This document shows, piece after piece, positions 16,055 to 24,460 of a stretch of DNA of 64,000 nucleotides (position 1 is the first letter of the stretch; each line of letters starts with the position of its first letter). Location of the stretch: positions 1-64,000 of IMG/VR virus record IMGVR_UViG_3300036771_000101; one strand, written 5' to 3'. The stretch is from a virus. The translations under genes and the position numbers were made by a program. The notes under the pieces are model-generated. The model searched no databases. It was not told where the DNA came from and saw nothing but the letters and a program-made list of their open reading frames with translations.

Positions 16055-18574
16055 GTGGCTGCTATTACGAAGCGGGCCGGTGAAACGGTAGCGACGGGTA
16101 CGTCGAGTGTCGTAGCAACGGTTCCGTCCGCGGCAGTAACTGGCGATGTGCTGCTGTTCTATGCGGTCACGAACTCGGGGGCTACTCCTTCGGCTCCGGC
16201 GGGCTGGGAGCTTGTTCAGCAGCAAGCCAACAGCACCACCGTGAGCGGCTACGTGTTCGGGCGTGTGTCCGACGGCACCGAACACGGCACCAACGTCACG
16301 TTGTCCGGGTTGGCGACACACTCGGCGGGCTTCATTCAGGCATGGGCGAACTGCGACGTCACGACACCAACGATTGCCGCTGGAGGCAGCTGGTTAGGTC
16401 CGAAGTCCGCCAGAGCGAACGCTTCTGGAACGAAGGGCAGCACCTCGGTCACCCCGTTGGCGAATACGTGTGTGGTTCTCCTCTCCGACCATGTGCTGGC
16501 CGGTACGACCCACAACACATGGCTCGACGGCAACAGCAACGCCATGACCGAAGGCGACGCTGACGGTGGCGACGGCACGGTCTCGATCTGCAATGCCTTT
16601 CTGCTTCAGACGGCGAAGCAGGCAACCGGGGTTGGCACTTGGAGTCAGGCCAACAACGGCGCGGGCGTCGGCATGTGGATCACGCTCGTACCAGTTCTTC
16701 AAGCACCGACGCTTGTCTCGTATCAGGAGACAGCCAGCTGGGCTACGAGCCCGGGTGCTGGTGTCGCCAAAACCGTCCCTATCACGTGGCAGACCGGAGA
16801 TGTCGTTGTTGTCATTGGGCTGAATGGCGGTGGCACTGGAACGAGTTGGAGTGCTGTCACGTGCCCTGGGTTGTCGTTCACCACCCAGAAGAGTCTCTCG
16901 GGCTCGTCAACAGTGGATGGCTACATCAGCGCGGCGTCGGCTCCCGCTGCGGCGCCTGGAACGAGTCAGAACGTGTCCATGTCGGTCGCTGCGGTCACCG
17001 GCTGGGGTATGGGGGTGTGGGTTTGGCGGGGTTCTGACGGTGTTGGTAACTCGGCTGACACTCCTACGCCATCCAGCAGCACGAAAACGGCATCGCTGGC
17101 AACGGCTGTGCATTCGGCGGTGTGCTGGGGGTTTGACGATTTTGGTTCCAGTGCCACGCTTGGAACGATCGTGCCGACACCGACGGACACGAGGCAGCGA
17201 GCCAATATCTCTAACAACACCATCTATGTCGCGGATCTCATCGGCCAGACCTCGTCGCCTACGTCATACGGGCTGAGTGGGAGTGCCGGTGTCGGCCCGT
17301 GGCAGGGCGTGGCGACTGAAGTGGTTGGGACCGCCAGCGTTGGCCCTGCCGGTCCAACAGTTACCGCCGAGCTCTGGGAGAGCGGTTCGTTCGTCGCCAG
17401 CTTGGGTGTGGTGCAGATCACCGCTGAGAGCACGCTGTCTCTCACTTGGGATGCGAGTCTTCTGTCGGATCCGTCGGGAGCGGGTGTCGAGCTTCGGTTG
17501 ACGACGGACGTCGGCGCGGATATCGGGGCCATCGAGTGGCTCGATCTCTACGCGCCGCTGCCCGGCGGGCAAATCACGGACACGTTGACGACCGCTGATG
17601 TCGCGATTCGGACTGTTCACGACGGACAGGCCGTCACGGAGTCGCTTGTCACTGGACCCGAGGTCGCGGGTCGTTCCACCGCACCTCACCGCGGGACTTC
17701 TGACACCCACACTCCAGCAGACGCATCAGCGCGTACCGCGGCGCGAACCGTGGCGACAAGCGACAGCCTGTCGACGTCGGATACAGCGAACCGCCAGGCG
17801 ACAAATGCTCGGACAGTCCGGGACCAGAAACTCTCGCCCACCGAGCTCAACTTCTCGACCGGCTGGTACAACAAACAGAACGCCATCTTCAGCCAGTCAA
17901 TGGCTCAGAGCTACGACGGTGGGCCGTCTCTCCTCGTGCAGCAGGCAGTCGCGGGCACAGACCCCATTGTTTCAACGCCAGACGCTGGGATGCCGGTACG
18001 GGGCGGGCAGCCGGTCTACTACGCCTTCTCCTTCTACGGCACAGCCGCCGACTACATCGGGATGACGTTCTACGAATGGAACGCAGCCAAGACACTCATC
18101 AACACTCAGAACTACACCACTGGGCAGTTCGTACGCCTGGGCCAGTGGTACCGGTTCCCGAACCCCGCCACGGACAACATTGACTACAGTTGGTTTAACA
18201 CCAACAGCAGCACTCGGTATATCAGTTTCGGTCTGAGGGTCTCGTCGCCGTCATCGACTGCCGATAGCTACTACTTCGGCGGGGTGACGCTCCTCGGCGA
18301 CCCGGTCACGGTGTTCACGGACAGTCCGACTCGCGTTGTGTCCGAACCACGCTCGCTGACTGACACCGAAACACAGACGCTCACGCAGACGCAGACCTGG
18401 CAGATCGCCCGGCCGCTCTCTGACGCTCTTGTGGAAGTGGATTCCTCGCCGGTGACGGTTCATCTGGCTCGTGTGGCTGCTGCCGGAGAGTCGTTGGTGT
18501 TGGCCGACAGCGCGGCGACGGTGGTGGTGGGGGCCGGTGGGTACCAGGAGACATGGGGGATGGTATCGATATGA
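16055..18574 (+). CDS. multidomain fibre / receptor-binding protein
   Basis: 839 aa: beta-sandwich domains, the C-half of the QDDPD domain, SDT repeats and a CBM-like aromatic domain. Confidence 0.75.
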   Translation: MAAITKRAGETVATGTSSVVATVPSAAVTGDVLLFYAVTNSGATPSAPAGWELVQQQANSTTVSGYVFGRVSDGTEHGTNVTLSGLATHSAGFIQAWANCDVTTPTIAAGGSWLGPKSARANASGTKGSTSVTPLANTCVVLLSDHVLAGTTHNTWLDGNSNAMTEGDADGGDGTVSICNAFLLQTAKQATGVGTWSQANNGAGVGMWITLVPVLQAPTLVSYQETASWATSPGAGVAKTVPITWQTGDVVVVIGLNGGGTGTSWSAVTCPGLSFTTQKSLSGSSTVDGYISAASAPAAAPGTSQNVSMSVAAVTGWGMGVWVWRGSDGVGNSADTPTPSSSTKTASLATAVHSAVCWGFDDFGSSATLGTIVPTPTDTRQRANISNNTIYVADLIGQTSSPTSYGLSGSAGVGPWQGVATEVVGTASVGPAGPTVTAELWESGSFVASLGVVQITAESTLSLTWDASLLSDPSGAGVELRLTTDVGADIGAIEWLDLYAPLPGGQITDTLTTADVAIRTVHDGQAVTESLVTGPEVAGRSTAPHRGTSDTHTPADASARTAARTVATSDSLSTSDTANRQATNARTVRDQKLSPTELNFSTGWYNKQNAIFSQSMAQSYDGGPSLLVQQAVAGTDPIVSTPDAGMPVRGGQPVYYAFSFYGTAADYIGMTFYEWNAAKTLINTQNYTTGQFVRLGQWYRFPNPATDNIDYSWFNTNSSTRYISFGLRVSSPSSTADSYYFGGVTLLGDPVTVFTDSPTRVVSEPRSLTDTETQTLTQTQTWQIARPLSDALVEVDSSPVTVHLARVAAAGESLVLADSAATVVVGAGGYQETWGMVSI

Positions 18575-18735
18575 CGAGCCAGCTGGTGATCCGGATCGAG
18601 GGCTACCCGGATGAGGTGACGATGCCGGGTTTGGCGTTGGGGGCGGAGGTGGTGACGCCTACGGTGGAGGCGGAGGTTGTTACGAGCAGGGTGTCTGCCG
18701 ATATTGAGGTGCAGATCATCGTCGGAGGGCCGTGA
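18571..18735 (+). CDS. small hypothetical protein
   Basis: ATGA/GTGA coupled overlaps on both sides. Confidence 0.5.
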   Translation: MTSQLVIRIEGYPDEVTMPGLALGAEVVTPTVEAEVVTSRVSADIEVQIIVGGP

Positions 18736-19082
18736 TGGCGACAGAGACTGACATCGAGATTGTCGAAGACAATGACGCCGTCATCTTGTTCACCTGTCGC
18801 GTGGACGGGCAGGCGGTGGATCTGACCGGTGCATCGGTGAGTTTCTACTTGAAGCCCGATAAGGCCACCGAGGAAAATGCGCCAACAGTTGTCCATTACT
18901 CGACCGACGATGGTTCGATCGAGCTCCTACCGCAGACCGGGGCGACCCTGGGGCAGGGGCGGGTGTTGTTCGTCGGCACGGACGTTGCGAATCCAGCGAA
19001 GAAGAGATACAGACTCGACGCAACCATTGCTGAACGTCGATTGACGTATGCCTTCGGCAAAGTCGTCATCCAGGACGTGTGA
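18732..19082 (+). CDS. BppU-like Ig-fold virion adaptor
   Basis: 'DGQAVDLTGASVSFYLK...YRLDA...TYAFGKVVI' pattern. Confidence 0.6.
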   Translation: MMATETDIEIVEDNDAVILFTCRVDGQAVDLTGASVSFYLKPDKATEENAPTVVHYSTDDGSIELLPQTGATLGQGRVLFVGTDVANPAKKRYRLDATIAERRLTYAFGKVVIQDV

Positions 19083-19083
19083 C

Positions 19084-19575
19084 ATGGCCGTGGATCTCAG
19101 TGACCTCATCCCAAACTTGAAAGCACAGATCAACTCTCCTGGCACGGACGCGTATGCCAGCACGACGAACAACGAGTGGCTCACGAGACTTGAGAACGCG
19201 TTCTGGGAAGTTCGTCTTGACGGGCTGTTCACCAACTTCGTCGCGGCCGACGGCGAGATCACACCGATCGCTCCTGAGACCGCAGACCTGAGCAGAGATG
19301 CTCTTCAGTTGGTGATTTTGTACGCGGCGATGGACGTGGTCATGGCCCAGTTCCGATCGGTTCAGTCCGCGTTTAAGGCCGTGGCGGGGCCGGTCAGCTA
19401 CGAGACGCAGCAATCCGCCCAGCTTCTCCGCGAGGTGCTCGTCACTCTCCGCCAGCGCATCAAGGACGTCGTCTACAACCTGGCCTCGATCTACTACATC
19501 CGCACGGCCGTGCTGGACGCCGTCATCGAGCGGACCGATGCTCTGATCGACGGTGACAACTGGTGGATCCGATAG
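19084..19575 (+). CDS. head-to-tail adaptor
   Basis: MAVDLSDLIPNLK...; helical, with 'AGPVSYE' motif; synteny. Confidence 0.6.
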   Translation: MAVDLSDLIPNLKAQINSPGTDAYASTTNNEWLTRLENAFWEVRLDGLFTNFVAADGEITPIAPETADLSRDALQLVILYAAMDVVMAQFRSVQSAFKAVAGPVSYETQQSAQLLREVLVTLRQRIKDVVYNLASIYYIRTAVLDAVIERTDALIDGDNWWIR

Positions 19576-19578
19576 CCC

Positions 19579-20055
19579 GTGGCTGAGAACTCCACCTTCG
19601 CGGCCGGGTTCGATGAGGCTGCCTTCCGCAATGCCATCGTGAATTCGATGCGCATGGGGATGGCAGTGAACCCGGCTGAGCAGCTGACGTGGTACTGGAA
19701 ACGGAACCAGACGTTCAACCCTCAAGACCGGACCGACCGGCCGTACAACTGGTCGCAGACCCCAGTCACGGACGCGCCGGGGAACCCAGATGAACCCGAC
19801 GGGTCGCTGGTGGTTGACTACGCCTTGGAGTTCACGTTCGCGAAGCGGTCTGGTGGGCGGGAGACGGCGCTTGGGCAACTCGATGCTGCGTCGGCGGTGG
19901 TGACGTTGATGGATGACGCCTACGAACTCGTGAAAACCGCCGACTACGCCATGATTGGAAACAGCCGTTACGAAATCGAGTTCACGGCTCCTGCCATTGG
20001 GTTGTTCAGCGTCGGTGTCTACCAGATCTATCTCCGCGCCGTGGACGAAGCATGA
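19579..20055 (+). CDS. head closure/stopper protein
   Basis: Synteny; C-terminal 'GNSRYEI...YQIYLRA' beta pattern. Confidence 0.5.
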   Translation: MAENSTFAAGFDEAAFRNAIVNSMRMGMAVNPAEQLTWYWKRNQTFNPQDRTDRPYNWSQTPVTDAPGNPDEPDGSLVVDYALEFTFAKRSGGRETALGQLDAASAVVTLMDDAYELVKTADYAMIGNSRYEIEFTAPAIGLFSVGVYQIYLRAVDEA

Positions 20056-20570
20056 CCGCGATCGAAGGTGGCCTGCGCGCTCGGCTGATCCGCGACAGCT
20101 TCGAGGAACTCGTTCGGGAGACGCTGCAGGCCCGTGGCTGGTTCGACTCGGGACGCGCTCATCTCCCGATCAACCTGCTCAGTGCTCCTGCGGCTTGGGA
20201 TCAGCCGATCGAGTACAACAGCCTCGCCGTGGTCGTGGAAGACGTCACCGACGAGGAAGGCGAGCTCGGCTCGAATCTCATGATCGACAGCTGGACGGCC
20301 TACGCCGATTTCTTCGCTGAAAACGAACAGGTCGGGATCCACCTCATCCACGACATCCGCGATTCGCTGCGTGGGAAGATCCCTTCCATTGGCAGAACCG
20401 GTGCGATCATGCCGGTGTACGACTTCACGTTGGCGACGCCGGTCGTGGCGTTCTACTGCAACATCGAGAACGTGATCACGGACCGTGCAGTGGGGTTCCC
20501 TCAGCCGTGGATGCAGTTCATGTACTCGGCACGGGCGATCCTGGTGGATGAGAACGACGTCGGCGCATGA
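20052..20570 (+). CDS. tail terminator-like protein
   Basis: Synteny; 'ELGSNL...YADFFAEN' pattern. Confidence 0.55.
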   Translation: MTAIEGGLRARLIRDSFEELVRETLQARGWFDSGRAHLPINLLSAPAAWDQPIEYNSLAVVVEDVTDEEGELGSNLMIDSWTAYADFFAENEQVGIHLIHDIRDSLRGKIPSIGRTGAIMPVYDFTLATPVVAFYCNIENVITDRAVGFPQPWMQFMYSARAILVDENDVGA

Positions 20571-20842
20571 ACCAGTACCAGGAGTTTCTCCGAAGACGGA
20601 AAGATCGGATCTGCGCCATCACTCTCTCCGCGGTGGAACGCGAGGTGCCTGACGGAGAGACGCGAGACCGACTCCGCAAGGTAATCCTCGACCAGATCAA
20701 CAACTTCTACAACGAAGCGATCGACGTGATCCACTCTCTGGATCCCGGAACGGTCGTGCTGAACCAGCTGTATCTGGAGCGGCTCGAAGGGAAACTGGAA
20801 GACATCCACGAGCTCGTGTTGCAGAACGGCAAACATGGCTGA
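20567..20842 (+). CDS. hypothetical protein
   Basis: 91 aa helical, coupled overlaps. Confidence 0.65.
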   Translation: MNQYQEFLRRRKDRICAITLSAVEREVPDGETRDRLRKVILDQINNFYNEAIDVIHSLDPGTVVLNQLYLERLEGKLEDIHELVLQNGKHG

Positions 20843-21908
20843 GGGGAACATCTACTACGGCCCGCCGCAGCCGAGGGGCTATCAGGGCGAGTCGATGACC
20901 ATGAAGATCCGGGCGCAGGACGCGGCTCGGGCTCAAGTTGAGGCAGCCACAGCAGCCCAAACCGCCAAGGTGCTCTCCGAAGCGTCGATGGGTCTGACGC
21001 TCAACGTCGCCAACGGGTATCTCAACTCGGCTGCAGCCGGGATCGTGGTGGCGACAGGCACGGCCATCTCGATGGCTGAGGCGATCATGTCGCATGGGAT
21101 CAGTCCCGCCAAGCTCCTCGAAACGAACATCAGGATCTGCAAGCTGGCGCAGGATTCGATGCTCAGGGGTCTGGCGAATCGCACGCCGCGGCGAAGCCCT
21201 GCGTTGAGAGCGATGTATGCCTCCTACCGCAACAGCAACAGCAGCCAGCGGGCTTCGGGGGCGCTGAAGCGGGTGATCGGAGACGACAACTTCTACGAGG
21301 CGACGGTCCAGGGGATCCGTTTCATCAACACGAGTCTTCTCAACACCGAGGCGAAGCATTGGAAGCGGCTGAACTTCGGTGCGGGCAGCGGAGCGATCGC
21401 TGTCCCAGGCAAGTTCCAGCTGGACGTCGGTGGGCAGCTGATCGGCGAGGCGATTGGACTGAATCCAGATCCGCGGATCGGGTTCAACATGCCGCCGGGG
21501 TTCTGGCTGGGGCCGGGAGGGCAGCATCAGGCAGCAGGGTTCGCTGGGTCTGGCGTGTTCGTTCCGACAGGGAAGTGGCCCCGGTCGAAGAAGAAGTCGG
21601 GGATCGTCACGACCAACTTCATGGACGCTGGCGTGAAGAGGTTGGTTCGCGAGGTGGGGTTGCAGTACACGGCGTTGCTGGACGACTACGTCCGGGCGAT
21701 CGCCAACAGTGGGGTGGACGGATATTCGGAGGGGGCGGTGCGACTGCCTTCGGTCACGGTGCGGTCAGTGGCACCGCAGGTGGACCCTCGGCAGAAGGAC
21801 AAGATCAACGCGCGGCTCGCCTACTACAACGCTCACACGCCAGCGCGGAGTAATCCGTTGACGATCCAGGATCGTCGCCGTGGGAAGCCCTACAAGTTCA
21901 TCGTCTGA
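20835..21908 (+). CDS. putative tail completion/neck protein
   Basis: 357 aa, basic; 'WKRLNFG...NFMDAGV' reminiscent of HK97 gp10-like proteins; lies before the MTP. Confidence 0.5.
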   Translation: MAEGNIYYGPPQPRGYQGESMTMKIRAQDAARAQVEAATAAQTAKVLSEASMGLTLNVANGYLNSAAAGIVVATGTAISMAEAIMSHGISPAKLLETNIRICKLAQDSMLRGLANRTPRRSPALRAMYASYRNSNSSQRASGALKRVIGDDNFYEATVQGIRFINTSLLNTEAKHWKRLNFGAGSGAIAVPGKFQLDVGGQLIGEAIGLNPDPRIGFNMPPGFWLGPGGQHQAAGFAGSGVFVPTGKWPRSKKKSGIVTTNFMDAGVKRLVREVGLQYTALLDDYVRAIANSGVDGYSEGAVRLPSVTVRSVAPQVDPRQKDKINARLAYYNAHTPARSNPLTIQDRRRGKPYKFIV

Positions 21909-22022
21909 TCCTGCAGGATCGATGGGAACGACCATCGGCTGGGCGAGTTGAACGCATACGGCTGGGTGTCGATCTGAAGACGTGAGCATCAGCGCGTCAG
22001 CTGATCGGATCGTATCGAGTGG

Positions 22023-22056
22023 AAGGTCGGGGCCGACGAGGGGTGGCCCCGACCTT
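22023..22056. terminator. hairpin upstream of the major tail gene
   Basis: 12-bp inverted repeat AAGGTCGGGGCC / GGCCCCGACCTT. Confidence 0.6.
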
Positions 22057-22121
22057 GGCGCGGACTCCTCTCGACACCCGGCATGTGCGTCGAGTGACGC
22101 ACTCAAGAGGAGGTAGTTCCA

Positions 22122-23324
22122 CTGGCTATCCGCTCAGGCGCCATTCTCCACGACGTCAACGGCTTCGTCATCGACCGGATCCAGACCGGCGGCGCGGGGA
22201 ACCTGAACATCCCCACCGAGAAGATCAACGAGCTCGGCAACTGGCAGACCGTCGCAACGATCCGCGACATCCCTGACCTCTCGTTCGACCTCGAATCCCT
22301 CGACGTCACCACCGAGATCGAATCGACGCTGCTCTACAAGAACCCCACCTCCGTCTCTCCCGGCGACGAGTTCGACTTCACTCTGGCGAAGCCCATCGAC
22401 GTCATCTCCCCGTTCAAGTCCGGGCCGGGAGCGTTCGACATCGTCCGAGGGCTCGCCCTGCCGTACCTCACTCTGGAGAGCGCCACCTACCGGTTCGGCA
22501 CCAAGGCCAACGCCACCCAGGCGTTCGCGCTGCGGGGCGACTCGATCTACTACATCCCGGGCACCCCGTACTACGAGGAGTTCTCGGCGTCGGGTACCGG
22601 CCCATACACCCTCGCCCACACGGCCATTCCGTACACCGAGCGGGGCGACACATTCCACGCTCTCGGGGTGTGCACGATCAGCGCCACTGGCGTGTACAAG
22701 CGGCTGTTCCACGGGTCGGACTACACCGACACCACCACCACGGTCACCCTTCTCGCGGCGGCTCCCGTCGGCGGCAAGGTCCGGATCGTCTACGGATCCA
22801 CGACGGCCGCAAACTATCCGCAGAGCGTCCACCAGGACGTGACCGTCAAGCCCGCCGCTGTCCGCGGCAAGGACATCGACGTCTACATCGGCACCACCGA
22901 CGCCACCCCCACCTTCACCCGGTGGACCGGTGTGCAGAACTTCGAAGTGGCCTGGAAGGTCACCCTCGACAACGACGAGGAATTCGGCAACTACCACTAC
23001 GTCGCGCAGGACTACGACTACCCGGACGTCAGCGGCACCATCACCGTCCGGTCCCGCGACCCGCAGGATCTGTGGGACAAGATCTACCAGGTCGCCAACA
23101 TCACCGGCACCCAAGTCGCAGGCCCCAACACTTCGGTGGGGCTCCCCATCGAACTGCGGATCAACAACCCGGACACCGGCGCTCGGATCAAGACGCTCTA
23201 CGTCCCGGACGCCCGGTTCACCCCGCCGCCGATTCAGGGTCGGGTGGCCCAGAAGCTCGAACCCCAGTTTGCTTTTACGTCTGACACGGGTGTGCTGAAG
23301 GTGTACGCCGGGGCTCGGCCCTGA
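22122..23324 (+). CDS. major tail protein (400 aa), CTG start
   Basis: Frame open from TGA 22095-22097 to 23324; SD GAGGAGG then CTG GCT ATC CGC; (M)AIRSGAIL...IDRIQT...LNIPTEKINELGN; the ORF track shows only the C-terminal 218 aa. Confidence 0.8.
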   Translation: MAIRSGAILHDVNGFVIDRIQTGGAGNLNIPTEKINELGNWQTVATIRDIPDLSFDLESLDVTTEIESTLLYKNPTSVSPGDEFDFTLAKPIDVISPFKSGPGAFDIVRGLALPYLTLESATYRFGTKANATQAFALRGDSIYYIPGTPYYEEFSASGTGPYTLAHTAIPYTERGDTFHALGVCTISATGVYKRLFHGSDYTDTTTTVTLLAAAPVGGKVRIVYGSTTAANYPQSVHQDVTVKPAAVRGKDIDVYIGTTDATPTFTRWTGVQNFEVAWKVTLDNDEEFGNYHYVAQDYDYPDVSGTITVRSRDPQDLWDKIYQVANITGTQVAGPNTSVGLPIELRINNPDTGARIKTLYVPDARFTPPPIQGRVAQKLEPQFAFTSDTGVLKVYAGARP

Positions 23325-23369
23325 TCAACGCTTCACGGAAATAGGACGCCCGCGAGGGCATACAAGGAG

Positions 23370-24224
23370 ATGGAGATGGCGAAGGCTCGGCGACGGTTGG
23401 AGGATCTCTACGTCATCGGTCGGGAATACACGGCTGAGGACGGGCAAGGCGAACCGGTCACGGTCTGGTTGCAGAAGATGTCCCCTCTGGATCACGAGAA
23501 GGCGATCCGGCGGGCTGGCGCGGCGAAAGCCAAGGTGCTGTTGGCCCGCCACGACAGAACCCACGAGATCTGGCAGGAGAGCTACGCCGACCTGACGGAC
23601 ATCGGGGGGCGGGATCAGCTGATCGAGTTCATCGCTTCGGAGGAGATCTCGAAGCTGCACGAGTCGGCGGAACGGGAGTTGGAGTTCTCGGAGGAATGGA
23701 CGAAGGACGACTATCTCGAAGGGTTGCGGGACGCGTGGGAGGTCGGCGAGCCTCCGTTGAGGGAGCAGTATCTCAAGGACTCCGAAGATCCGGAGGCTCG
23801 CCGGGTGTTCCTCGAACTGAAACGGTTCGCGGACTGTGTGAAGTCCAACGTCGACCCGGAGATCGAGAATCTGAAACGCGACTACGAGAACGCGTCGGAT
23901 GAGGAACTCCGCGACAAGGTGGTCGACAAGATCCTCGATCTGAAGAGCGGTCTGGCGTGGCTGCAGGAGTACCGGAAGTGCGAAGTGGCGTACGCCACAC
24001 GGGAACTCGGCAACCACGACGTCTACTACTTCCAGGAACGGCAGGCGGTCGATCGGCTCGCACCGCAGATCTTTGGCGCGTTGAGCACCGCCTACCAAGA
24101 GATGGTGGTGGAGATCCCCGAGGGAAAAGAATCGCCCAACACCCCCAATTCCTCGCCCTCGTCCGAACCGCCAAACGAGGAGGAGACCTCGCCTGTCTCT
24201 GGCCCCCAAGTTGTACGTCTGTAA
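23370..24224 (+). CDS. tail assembly chaperone (gpG-like)
   Basis: Between MTP and TMP; contains the slippery site GGGAAAA. Confidence 0.8.
   Translation: MEMAKARRRLEDLYVIGREYTAEDGQGEPVTVWLQKMSPLDHEKAIRRAGAAKAKVLLARHDRTHEIWQESYADLTDIGGRDQLIEFIASEEISKLHESAERELEFSEEWTKDDYLEGLRDAWEVGEPPLREQYLKDSEDPEARRVFLELKRFADCVKSNVDPEIENLKRDYENASDEELRDKVVDKILDLKSGLAWLQEYRKCEVAYATRELGNHDVYYFQERQAVDRLAPQIFGALSTAYQEMVVEIPEGKESPNTPNSSPSSEPPNEEETSPVSGPQVVRL
24122..24128 (+). other. programmed -1 frameshift site G GGA AAA
   Basis: In-frame X XXY YYZ heptamer; the -1 frame stays open to 24460. Confidence 0.8.
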
Positions 24225-24460
24225 CGGCCGTTCCGATCGACCTGTACAAGGCGATCGAACATTCTCTGAACATCCTCTCCTGGCAGGAGAACTTGGGTGA
24301 AGAAGATATGCCTCCGGAATGGATGTGGAGCGTGGACCACGAGCTCGACAAGTGGTTCGACAAGATCAAGGTTCAGCGGGACGAGAAGTACGGGACCAAC
24401 CACGAGTCGGCCCCGATGATGGAGAACCAGTACGCCCAGAGAATGCGTGAGGCCCGCTGA
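24122..24460 (+). CDS. tail assembly chaperone frameshift extension (gpT-like)
   Basis: -1 frame GKRIAQHPQFL...MPPEWMW...LDKWF ending at a TGATG overlap with the TMP. Confidence 0.75.
   Translation, partial: GKRIAQHPQFLALVRTAKRGGDLACLWPPSCTSVTAVPIDLYKAIEHSLNILSWQENLGEEDMPPEWMWSVDHELDKWFDKIKVQRDEKYGTNHESAPMMENQYAQRMREAR

Noticed and set aside
22668-23324. 218-aa ORF as the complete major tail protein
   Set aside because: The frame is open and coding-like for 182 more codons upstream, to an SD-led CTG.
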